64,000 nt of DNA. It comes from Deltaproteobacteria bacterium. GTDB taxonomy: Bacteria; Desulfobacterota; Dissulfuribacteria; Dissulfuribacterales; QOAL01. Under the pieces are notes generated by a model that did no database searches, was not told where the DNA came from, and saw only the letters and a list, made by a program, of their open reading frames with translations. This document shows, in pieces, positions 1-8,061 of the stretch. The DNA lies in NCBI GenBank assembly GCA_026992735.1, contig JALWYO010000033.1, positions 2,091 to 66,090 of the forward strand. Reading direction: 5' to 3'. The stretch's first letter is position 1, and each line of letters starts with the position of its first letter. The position numbers and the translations under genes were made by a program.

Positions 1-1048
1 CTCTCCTGGAGAGAAAGTCGGCAACCTTTACTATTCTTGCATTAGACGGAGAACTTGCAACAGAAGTATAGAGAGGCCCTTCTTCCGATGCCTTTTTGCG
101 CATGGTTGATAGATAGATCAGCAGTGCAGACAGAAATGTGCCAGCCACAGCCACTCCAGAGAGCATGATTGGCAATATGGAACCTGTGCGGTTATGCCAT
201 GCAACTCCTATGGCAGTGAATATTGCTGCATGAACTATGTTATCTCCCCAGAAATCCAGTATGCCGCCTAACCTGCTCTCCATGAATTTTATCCTGGCAA
301 TCTCTCCATCACATCCATCTACAATAGAATGCAGCAGGAAAAGAAGCGCGCCGGTTACCTGTAACAGGCCTGTTCCAAGGCTGATGCACCATGCCCCAGC
401 CAGGCCTATTAAAATACTTAAAAGAGTGATCTGGTTGGGTGTTGTCGGGGTATTTACAAGGCGGCGCGAGATGGCAAGGGATATGCGCCTTTCCACATGG
501 CGGGACATGAAGCCCTCTGTGGACTTTATAAGGGAACGGAACAGTATTTTTTCTACTCTTGCTACATTTGCATCAATGGTAAGATCAAATATCCTGCCAT
601 TTTCACATGCATTTGTTTTTTCTAACAGGTGGGTGCGCAGGAATTCCAGCAGGCTGGAATAACCGTCATGTTCAAAGGCCCTTTGCAGTTCAAAGCCCTG
701 GCCGGATGGCTTGAATATGAACAGCCCTTGAAATTCAAGAAGTTCATCTTGTTTGATTTCAACCTGGCTAAGCCATTTCAGGCATTCTATGTCCGGCAGG
801 ATGCCGGGTTTGCATACGATGCACCGGTCGATATTGGCGCAGTGCGTATCTGAATAGTTAGATGCCAGGCAACTCTTGAGGATAGGGATGGACCAAAGCT
901 CAGAATCTTCGGCAACTGTGATCAGGATCCTGTCCATTCCAGCCTTTCGGCCATGATGATACAGCCTTTCAGCAAGGGTCAGGCCGGCAACCCTCGTGGC
1001 CAGCAGGTCTTCCCTGTGGATTGCAGGGATCAGCAGCATACAGCTCAT
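1..1048 (-). CDS. CDP-alcohol phosphatidyltransferase family protein with a degenerate N-terminal nucleotidyltransferase-like domain (partial; 3' end runs off the window)
   Basis: Absent from the ORF track because it is open to the window edge. My translation of the minus strand from ATG (complement of 1046-1048) is stop-free to base 1 (349 codons). It contains the exact CDP-alcohol transferase signature D-G-x2-A-R-x8-G-x3-D-x3-D (DGEIARIKFMESRLGGILDFWGDNIVH), followed by hydrophobic helices. The N-terminus (MLLIPAIHREDLLATRVAGLTLAERL) looks like a sugar-nucleotidyltransferase fold without the GxGTR loop. Confidence 0.8.
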   Translation of the reverse strand, partial: MSCMLLIPAIHREDLLATRVAGLTLAERLYHHGRKAGMDRILITVAEDSELWSIPILKSCLASNYSDTHCANIDRCIVCKPGILPDIECLKWLSQVEIKQDELLEFQGLFIFKPSGQGFELQRAFEHDGYSSLLEFLRTHLLEKTNACENGRIFDLTIDANVARVEKILFRSLIKSTEGFMSRHVERRISLAISRRLVNTPTTPNQITLLSILIGLAGAWCISLGTGLLQVTGALLFLLHSIVDGCDGEIARIKFMESRLGGILDFWGDNIVHAAIFTAIGVAWHNRTGSILPIMLSGVAVAGTFLSALLIYLSTMRKKASEEGPLYTSVASSPSNARIVKVADFLSRR

Positions 1049-1092
1049 GGCAGGTTCCGTTTCAATAGCAAATGGCGGGGTGGGACATGCAG

Positions 1093-2127
1093 CTATGCAT
1101 TGTTGCGCCAGTCCTCTATTTTTACAGTTTGACCGCTGACACTGGATTTTTGGCAATGCAACAGCAGGTTCAGGCAGCATGCAGCCTCGGAAAAATTGCC
1201 GCCCATTAACTTCGGATTCTGCATCTCTGTAAGAAGTTCATTTATTACTGCCGTATACCAATCTGCATGATGCGAGCCATGAGAGAGGCCATGGTCAAAC
1301 GATATCCTTGATGTTCCCCTGTCATTCTCCACCAGTATATCGCTATCAAGCACCTTGATCTCTCCACGGTCACCCTTTATGAAGATGGAATTATCTCTGG
1401 TGTCTCCAGCCCATGTAAAGAACATTCTGCCAACTGAATGGCCGTAATCCAGCAGCACTTCTGCAGTATCTTCAACCTGCATATTGTGGAATTTTCTGTT
1501 TTCCAGGGTGCAGTTTACACTTTTAGGCATGCCGCCAGCCCAGGCATTTACCAGGTAGAAGGCATGCCAGCCGTGATCCACAAGGATGCCGCCTCCTGCA
1601 ATATCGGGATCAAGTCTCCAGTTTTCCGAGGCCCCTGCCTCAACTGCTACAGATGGCTGGGTCCTGATGACCCTGTATTCTATTTCCTCCGGGATGCCAA
1701 TCATCCGGTCTTTCATTATAGCTTCGACCTTTTGCAGAATAGGAGAATAACGCCAGTTATGGACAGTGACCACCGTCCTGCCGGCGGTCCTGGACGCCTT
1801 CCAGATGCTGAGAAGATCTTCCTGGCTGAGGACAAGCGGTTTTTCACACAAAACGTGCTTTCCTGAAGACAGAGACTGGAGAATAAATTCGGCATGGAAG
1901 GCGGGAGGAGTGGAAATATCTACAAAATCCACGTCTTCTTTCTGAAGCATATCCATCGCGGAGGAATAGAATCTGGAGCCAGGCAATAGAGTCCTGCACA
2001 ATTCCGCCCTGTCGGGATGGCTGTCACAGACTGCCTCTATTCTTACGGCAGGGGTTTCCAGATATGCAGGCACATGACCATTTGCTGCAATATGTCCAAA
2101 TCCTATTATTGCTCCCTTTGCAACCAT
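1093..2127 (-). CDS. Gfo/Idh/MocA family NAD(P)-dependent oxidoreductase
   Basis: 344-aa ORF. It has an N-terminal Rossmann segment (IIGFGHIAANGHVPAY) and the EKPL motif typical of the inositol/sugar dehydrogenase-like family. It lies 12 nt from the upstream gene and 44 nt from the downstream gene on the same strand. Confidence 0.85.
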   Translation of the reverse strand: MVAKGAIIGFGHIAANGHVPAYLETPAVRIEAVCDSHPDRAELCRTLLPGSRFYSSAMDMLQKEDVDFVDISTPPAFHAEFILQSLSSGKHVLCEKPLVLSQEDLLSIWKASRTAGRTVVTVHNWRYSPILQKVEAIMKDRMIGIPEEIEYRVIRTQPSVAVEAGASENWRLDPDIAGGGILVDHGWHAFYLVNAWAGGMPKSVNCTLENRKFHNMQVEDTAEVLLDYGHSVGRMFFTWAGDTRDNSIFIKGDRGEIKVLDSDILVENDRGTSRISFDHGLSHGSHHADWYTAVINELLTEMQNPKLMGGNFSEAACCLNLLLHCQKSSVSGQTVKIEDWRNNA

Positions 2128-2139
2128 ATAACAACCTTT

Positions 2140-3477
2140 TCAGACCCTGGCCTCTATGGCCAGCAGTGCGCCTTTAAGCGCCTGGAATCCCTCCATGGCT
2201 TCGTCCTCGGTGATAATCAGTGGAGGGTTTATCCTGATATTGTAGCCGTAACACATTGATATGAGGCCTCTATCCAGGCATTCATGGAAGAGCTGACGGG
2301 TCAGTTCCTTGCGGAGGGGTTCTTTTGTTTTCCTGTCAGAGACCAGTTCCACTCCGATCATGAGACCTTCTCCGCGCACGTCTCCAATGATGCCGCAATG
2401 CTCCTTCAATTCCAGCAGGCTGTTCCTGAGTATGGCCCCGATCCTACGGGAATTATCAATAAGATTTTCATTTTTGATGATTTCCAGCACTGCGCGTCCG
2501 GCTGCAGCTGCCATGGGATTCCCTCCATAGCTGGAGGAACTTCCACTGGGATTCCCGAATGGTTTTGCACTGGCTGCTTCCATGGAACTGGCCAGGGCGC
2601 TCATTGGAAAACCGCCTCCTATGCCTTTCCCCAGGGTCATCACGTCCGGGATTATACCATCCCTGTCCACACCCCAGGCACGCCCGGTACGGCCAAAGCC
2701 GGTTATCATCTCATCAGCAATAAGAAGCGCGTCAAGTTCTCTGCATAATTCCTGGACCGCGTTCATGTAGCCCTTTGGAGGAACCACATTCCCTGCTGTT
2801 CCCTGTATGGGTTCTATCAGAATGCCTGCGATATTGTGTGTTGACTGCCTTTTCAGTCCTTCCTTGAACCATTCCAGGCAGGCAAAACCGCAACCAGGGT
2901 GTTCCAGGCCGAGCCTGCATCTGTAGCAATATGCGTATGGGCCGGGCAGATAGACTCCGGGCATAAGCGGCCCCAGCCCGGCCTTGAACGAAGTGTCACC
3001 CAGCATCCCCATAACGCCACCCGTCTTGCCATGAAAGCCTCCCCAAAAGGCAGCAAATTCATATTTATGAGTAACCGATTTTGCCAGCCTGAGTGCAGCC
3101 TCAACCGCCTCTGCGCCACCGGAATACATCTGGACAGCATCAATACCTGGAGGGGTCATGGATGTCAGCAGTTTGAGAAATTCGAGCCTGTTTTCCGAGC
3201 AGAAGCTGCCGAAATTCGCCCTGGCGATCTGTTCTGAAAGGACTTTGACATAGTGTGGATGGGCATGACCGACACTGCCTACTCCGATGCCTGCAGTAAA
3301 GTCTATATAATTATTGCCATCCAGGTCTGTTACACGGACACCACGGGCCTTTTTTATAACGAGCCTTGAAAAAAGTGCTATGGACTGGAGACCGGGCGCC
3401 ATGAATTTGCTTTCTTCCTCAAATACAGCGCTGGAAACAGGGCCAGGCACCTTGTATTTTCCGCCAATATTTTTCAT
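2140..3477 (-). CDS. class-III (omega-type) PLP-dependent aminotransferase
   Basis: 445-aa ORF with class-III hallmarks: GGAEAVEAALRLA, ADEMITGFGRTG and the PLP-lysine context DVMTLGKGIGGG. Confidence 0.9.
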   Translation of the reverse strand: MKNIGGKYKVPGPVSSAVFEEESKFMAPGLQSIALFSRLVIKKARGVRVTDLDGNNYIDFTAGIGVGSVGHAHPHYVKVLSEQIARANFGSFCSENRLEFLKLLTSMTPPGIDAVQMYSGGAEAVEAALRLAKSVTHKYEFAAFWGGFHGKTGGVMGMLGDTSFKAGLGPLMPGVYLPGPYAYCYRCRLGLEHPGCGFACLEWFKEGLKRQSTHNIAGILIEPIQGTAGNVVPPKGYMNAVQELCRELDALLIADEMITGFGRTGRAWGVDRDGIIPDVMTLGKGIGGGFPMSALASSMEAASAKPFGNPSGSSSSYGGNPMAAAAGRAVLEIIKNENLIDNSRRIGAILRNSLLELKEHCGIIGDVRGEGLMIGVELVSDRKTKEPLRKELTRQLFHECLDRGLISMCYGYNIRINPPLIITEDEAMEGFQALKGALLAIEARV

Positions 3478-3495
3478 AAATGCCAGATGCTCCTT

Positions 3496-4413
3496 TCAAG
3501 TTATGCCAGGCACAGCGGAATCGTCTGAAAGCCCGGATATGCTTTTTGCGCCTGATTTTGAATGCATGGAAGCTCCAAGACATTTTGCGAGCTTTGTCTT
3601 GATAAGCCGGGCAATAAAGCCTGCGGCCTCCTCTCTGTAAAGGGCAAAACTGGGCCATGCGTTTATGTCAATTATAAATATCCGTCCGTCATTATTTACA
3701 ATGGCATCGCCGCCATAGATATCAAGTCCCATTATATCCCCGGCTTTCATGCAGCTTATCATGAGTTCATCTGCTGAAAAATCATGGTATTGCAGATCCT
3801 GATCACGGTGATAAAACCACTTGAACCACCAGGTATGACCGGCTTGGCAATCCCTGATGCAGTAAAATTTTATTATATCTCCAGGCACGTGTTCCTGTAT
3901 GAGCACGGTGCCTATGTCCCGGGAAGCAAACCCATTCAGGGCATTTTGGGCTGACTGAATATCTCTGACAAACACAACGTCGTCTCTGTCTATCGCGTGA
4001 TAATCGCCTCTTTTCAGCCAGCATGGGACATGGATACTGGGCAGTGCATCTGATATGGAATGGATTGATGTCGCAGGGAAAAAAACCTGGTTTTTCAAGG
4101 CCGCAACCATGTTCTTTCGAAAGGTATTTTCTACAGCTTCAACAGTATTGACCAGCAGGCATCCGGTATTTTCAGCCATCTCCCTGAGCCTGGCAAGATA
4201 AGGCGCTTCTTCGCACATAAAGAATATCAGTGCAGGCTGTATGTCAAAATGGGCCTCGAGAAATTCCTCTGGAGAAAGCAAGCAGACGTCTATGCTGCCA
4301 GAGGAGGCAAGCTTTCTGGCAGTTTCTCTGAGAATTGCCTCGTCGTCGTATTCTCTTTCCGGTGAGTGTGATCTTTCCCGGAATATGGCGATAGTGGATA
4401 TATTATTCATCAA
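3496..4413 (-). CDS. ATP-grasp domain protein (carboxylate-amine ligase or kinase type)
   Basis: 305-aa ORF. The C-terminal half shows ATP-grasp-like segments (GTVLIQEHVPGDIIKFY; DGRIFIIDINAWPSF). It is the first gene of the four-gene minus-strand cluster, 18 nt upstream of the aminotransferase. Confidence 0.7.
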   Translation of the reverse strand: MMNNISTIAIFRERSHSPEREYDDEAILRETARKLASSGSIDVCLLSPEEFLEAHFDIQPALIFFMCEEAPYLARLREMAENTGCLLVNTVEAVENTFRKNMVAALKNQVFFPATSIHSISDALPSIHVPCWLKRGDYHAIDRDDVVFVRDIQSAQNALNGFASRDIGTVLIQEHVPGDIIKFYCIRDCQAGHTWWFKWFYHRDQDLQYHDFSADELMISCMKAGDIMGLDIYGGDAIVNNDGRIFIIDINAWPSFALYREEAAGFIARLIKTKLAKCLGASMHSKSGAKSISGLSDDSAVPGIT

Positions 4414-4748
4414 TAGTATTTTTTACTGCTTCAGGCAGATATTAAGGGCTCACCAGCAAAGATTCTAATGCCAGGCAGTACGGCAGCCTATTAAGTTTAT
4501 TCCTGTAGTGATGATCAAAACTCAAACGGAATTATATACTATGTGTCGGGTATCAAGAGAAGTTTTTTCTACTTTCTTCCCGGGGAGGTTTCATGCTGTT
4601 TACAGGAGCGCAGAAGTGATGGGGATGGACCGAAGGTCTATTCTTTGAATGTCAATTGCCTGACAATACAACAATACGGTGCCTGGCAGGCAAAGGCGAA
4701 ATTTTTCAAAAAGCGGGGAGTCGGGGAAGGCAGGACTCGAATCGGATA

Positions 4749-5033
4749 TCAGATATTGGGAAAGCGTTTTTTGAGGTGAAGCCGGGCAAATTTATCTGCA
4801 TGTGCACTGTTGACCCTTATCCATCTTTTGCCTTGGAGACACCACCACTGTTTCCCGTCAAAGCGTGCTACAAGCGCCCCGTGATAATGCATCATGAGCT
4901 TTATCTCCTCCTTGGAGTATTGAGGGACATAGCTGCCTTTTACCTTGGTGTCTTTGCAGCCGGAAAGCAGTACAAGACAGCCCAGCAACAGGCACAGACA
5001 GGCGCAATTTTTTAAGCTTTTAAGCCTTTGCAT
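4749..5033 (-). CDS. small predicted lipoprotein, unknown family
   Basis: 94-aa ORF with a signal peptide and lipobox (LLLGCLVLLSGCKD). There is no clear Shine-Dalgarno sequence and I recognise no family. Confidence 0.5.
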   Translation of the reverse strand: MQRLKSLKNCACLCLLLGCLVLLSGCKDTKVKGSYVPQYSKEEIKLMMHYHGALVARFDGKQWWCLQGKRWIRVNSAHADKFARLHLKKRFPNI

Positions 5034-5461
5034 AAGAATATCATAGTTTATTTTTTTGTAATGTCAATGCCAACAGATGGAGTTTGCCCATTGCATTCCT
5101 CGGCGCCACAGAGAGCATTGGAGCATTGCCTGCTAACAAGGTATCATGAAAATAACAGCAACTGGTACTATATGTTGTGGTTGTTTGAGTTAAGCAGATA
5201 CCCCGGTAGCTGAATTGTAAACCTAAACGTAATATAAAATTTTGCGTCTTGATTGAATATCCCGATATTAAATTACAGGTTATCTGCTCATAACAAAAAA
5301 CTGAAAAAAAGTACTTGAGTCTTTTAAAGAATTAGGTAGACTTAAATTATCTTCATAATTTATAGTCTCAAGTCGTTATTAAACCATAAACATTGGCGTC
5401 TGATTTTTTTCAAGATGCTGAAGAATAAAGAGATAAAAACAACATAAAGGAGGTTTTTTTC

Positions 5462-6193
5462 ATGAGGGTTTTGATGCTAACAGGGTTAATTTTATCTTTT
5501 TTTGTCGTGGGTTGCGCCGGGCCGGCGGTACAGGTGGATGACCAGCTACATGCTACCAGGGCGGTTCTTAATGATGCCAAGGCAAATAAACTGGACAAGA
5601 AATGTCCCAAGGCATACAAACAGGCAGAGGATCTTCAGAACAGGGCAGTTGCACTGTACAGAAGGTGCAAGTGTGCTAATGCCATGGGCCCTGCCCAGGA
5701 GGCATACAAGCAGGCCAAGTCGCTTTGTCCACCTGTTCCCTGTCCTGCAGCATGCAAGAAACCTGCTCCGCCAAAAGACAGTGATGGTGACGGTGTAATC
5801 GATTCCGAAGACAGGTGCCCTAACACTCCAAGGGGAGCAAAGGTTAACAAGGTTGGCTGCTGGATTATCAAGGGCCTTCTTTTTGACTTTAACAAGGCTG
5901 ATATCAAGCCACAGTATTACAAGAACCTCGATGAGGCCATAAAGGTCCTTAAAGAGAACCCAGGCATGAAGGTTGAAATCCAGGGACATACCGACAACAT
6001 TGGTTCTGCAGGATACAACCTTGAGTTGTCCAAGAAGAGGGCGCAGGCTGTAGCAAATTACCTGATAGCTCATGGTATTGCAGCAAGCAGGCTCGTAGTC
6101 AAGGGTTACGGTTTCAGCAGGCCGGTAGCTCCAAATGATACACCTGAAGGCCGGGCCTTAAACAGAAGGGTACAGCTCAAACCTATAAGATAG
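5462..6193 (+). CDS. OmpA-family lipoprotein (TSP type-3 repeat plus OmpA C-terminal peptidoglycan-binding domain)
   Basis: 243-aa ORF with AGGAGG upstream of the ATG. It has a lipoprotein signal (LSFFVVGCAG), a thrombospondin type-3 repeat (DSDGDGVIDSEDRCPNTP) and an OmpA_C region (GHTDNIGSAGYNLELSKKRAQAV). Confidence 0.85.
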   Translation: MRVLMLTGLILSFFVVGCAGPAVQVDDQLHATRAVLNDAKANKLDKKCPKAYKQAEDLQNRAVALYRRCKCANAMGPAQEAYKQAKSLCPPVPCPAACKKPAPPKDSDGDGVIDSEDRCPNTPRGAKVNKVGCWIIKGLLFDFNKADIKPQYYKNLDEAIKVLKENPGMKVEIQGHTDNIGSAGYNLELSKKRAQAVANYLIAHGIAASRLVVKGYGFSRPVAPNDTPEGRALNRRVQLKPIR

Positions 6194-6253
6194 CTATATT
6201 GAGATAGTTGTATTGCGCTAAAAAATAGTCAGCCAATATCTACGAGGCTGCCC

Positions 6254-6296
6254 AGCGGCTGCCGGTCCACTACTTGGGCCGCAGCCGTTTTTTTTT
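6254..6296 (+). terminator. rho-independent terminator after the OmpA-family gene
   Basis: Stem CGGCTGC (6256-6262) pairs with GCAGCCG (6281-6287), followed by a run of nine T (6288-6296). Confidence 0.6.
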
Positions 6297-6570
6297 GCAA
6301 GATATCCAGTAATTTCTCAATAGGTGTGTGCAAATTCCCCTGTATCTGCTTACAGGAGGACTCAGATAAGCGCAGACTTCGTACGCAGATAAAAGACAAA
6401 GAAAATCTTGGCGCTTCTGTGTTTGTTTGTGTTCAAACTTGTAATTTGCAGACTTTTTGAGAAATTACAATATCCATGCTTAACTATGCGAATATTTAAG
6501 ATAAACAGAGAAAATCCACGGTTGTCAGACCTTTCTATATGCATTCGTAGCAGATTAACCACTTATTTAA

Positions 6571-6599
6571 TTGACAAACCATGCCTGAAAATTTAGTTA
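6571..6599 (+). promoter_or_regulatory. candidate sigma-70 promoter for the Hdr-like operon
   Basis: Perfect -35 TTGACA (6571-6576), a 17-nt spacer, then TAGTTA (6594-6599). This implies a leader of about 200 nt. The -10 match is weak. Confidence 0.3.
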
Positions 6600-6804
6600 T
6601 TACCTTGTTGAATACAGGGTTGAAAATACCGTATTTGACAGTAAGTTGCAGATTCTGATTTTGTCCCAAGGATGCAGGACTATGCAGCGTAGGCAAGGAT
6701 GCTGTGATGCCGTGTGCGCTGATACCTGAAATTAATCCGGGACCGCAGGCCCACCGTGGCCTGTATGCAGGTTTATCGTGAATAAATTATTGAGGATTGC
6801 GGGC

Positions 6805-8058
6805 ATGCAGGAAAACAATATAGACCTTGAAAAGATCAGGGCGGGTGTCAAGAAAAAGATAGAGCAGGCCGTTCCTGAAGCCAATATCAACTATTGTCTG
6901 ACATGCGGGCTATGCGCAAGCGGCTGTCCTGCTACAGGCCTGGATGATATGGATCCCAGGAAATTTCTCAGGATGTTGGTGCTTGGGCAGGACGAGGAGA
7001 TCCTGAATACCGACTGGATCTATGCCTGTACCATGTGCCAGAGATGCCGTTATGCCTGTCCCATGGGCATAGATGTAGGTAGAATAGTATATGAAATCAG
7101 GGGGATGCGGCCTCGAGAAAAGCGTCCAAAGAACCTGCAGCGCTCCTGCGACTTGCAGAGGCAGAATAACAGTACAGGTATTCCTAATGAGGATTTTGTC
7201 TGGGTAGTGGGAGACGTGCTGGAAGAGGTCAGGGAGAACGAGCCCGAGTGGAAGGACCTCCAGGCTCCTATAGATAAGAAGGGTGCAAAATATTACCTTA
7301 ACCAGAATGCCAAGGAACCGACAGTGGAGCCGGAGGAGATGGTCCCTCTCTGGAAGATACTACATGCTGCAGATATTGACTGGACCTATTCCTCCGAATG
7401 GTGGGACGGTGCCAACTATTGCCTGTTCACCGGCGATCCTGGAGACTGGGAATACACTGTGCGCAAACAGGCAGAGGTGGTGGATTCCCTTGGGTGCCGA
7501 TATTACATAAATACGGAGTGAGGCCACATGTTCTATGCGACCCTGGAAGGGTTGCGCCGCTTCAACATTCAGCACAAGTTTGAGTTTGTCAGTATTATCA
7601 GCCTCTATGCCCAGTGGATCAGGGAAGGCAGGCTCAAGGTGGATTCATCATGGAACAGGGAAGGCCTTAAGTTCACTGTTCAGGATCCCTGCAAGCTCGT
7701 GAGACAGGGTCTTGGCGATGTTGTGGCTGAAGACCTGCGTTTTGTGGTCAAAAAGGTAGCTGGTGAGGAAAATTTCGTTGACGTATGGCCCAGGCTGTCG
7801 AATAACTATTGCTGTGGCGGCGGTGGCGGCGCCCTGCAGGCCGGTTTCGTGGAAAACAGGCGGAAGTACGGCAAGTTGAAGTTTGATCAGCTGGCGGCAA
7901 CTGGAGCGGATGTGGTAATCACACCATGCCACAATTGTCATAGCCAGGTCCTGGATATATGTGATTTCTACGGAGGCAGGTGGAAGACCACTCACCTGTG
8001 GAACTGGCTTGCAAATGCGCTGGTCATGGATGATTCGGCGACAGGTAGGGAAGGATAG
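6805..8058 (+). CDS. HdrD/GlpC-like Fe-S oxidoreductase (two [4Fe-4S] motifs plus CCG domains), probably a selenoprotein read through UGA 7519-7521
   Basis: Track ORFs 6778..7521 and 7528..8058 are in the same frame and are separated only by TGA plus 6 nt. The N-terminal part has CLTCGLCASGCP and CTMCQRCRYACP. The C-terminal part has a complete CCG domain (C-x39-CCG-x36-CxxC). The start is set at ATG 6805 (GAGGA 8 nt upstream) rather than GTG 6778. Alternative reading: two separate genes, since GAGG lies 4 nt before ATG 7528. Confidence 0.6.
7537..7555 (+). other. candidate bacterial SECIS hairpin
   Basis: GCGACCC-UGGAA-GGGUUGC forms a 7-bp stem (one G-U pair) with a 5-nt G-containing loop. 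It starts 15 nt after the in-frame UGA. Confidence 0.45.
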
Positions 8059-8061
8059 GAT

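Noticed and set aside
237-853. Plus-strand ORFs 237..662 (141 aa) and 629..853 (74 aa), the only track ORFs in the first kilobase.
   Set aside because: They lie antisense to a stop-free minus-strand frame that encodes a protein with a perfect CDP-alcohol phosphatidyltransferase motif. Their own translations are low-complexity with no motif, so they are shadow ORFs.
4733-4743. A tRNA-like T-arm string, GGACTCGAATC, in the 4414-4748 intergenic region.
   Set aside because: The flanking sequence cannot form a T-stem, acceptor stem or anticodon arm. It is not a tRNA or a tRNA fragment I can support.
5119-5134. Sigma-54-like TGGAGC-ATTGC-CTGCT with correct GG/GC spacing, upstream of the OmpA-family gene.
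   Set aside because: Only the GG and GC dinucleotides match the consensus. The site is about 330 nt from the start codon and sits in a tandem GAGCATTG duplication, so it is too weak to call.
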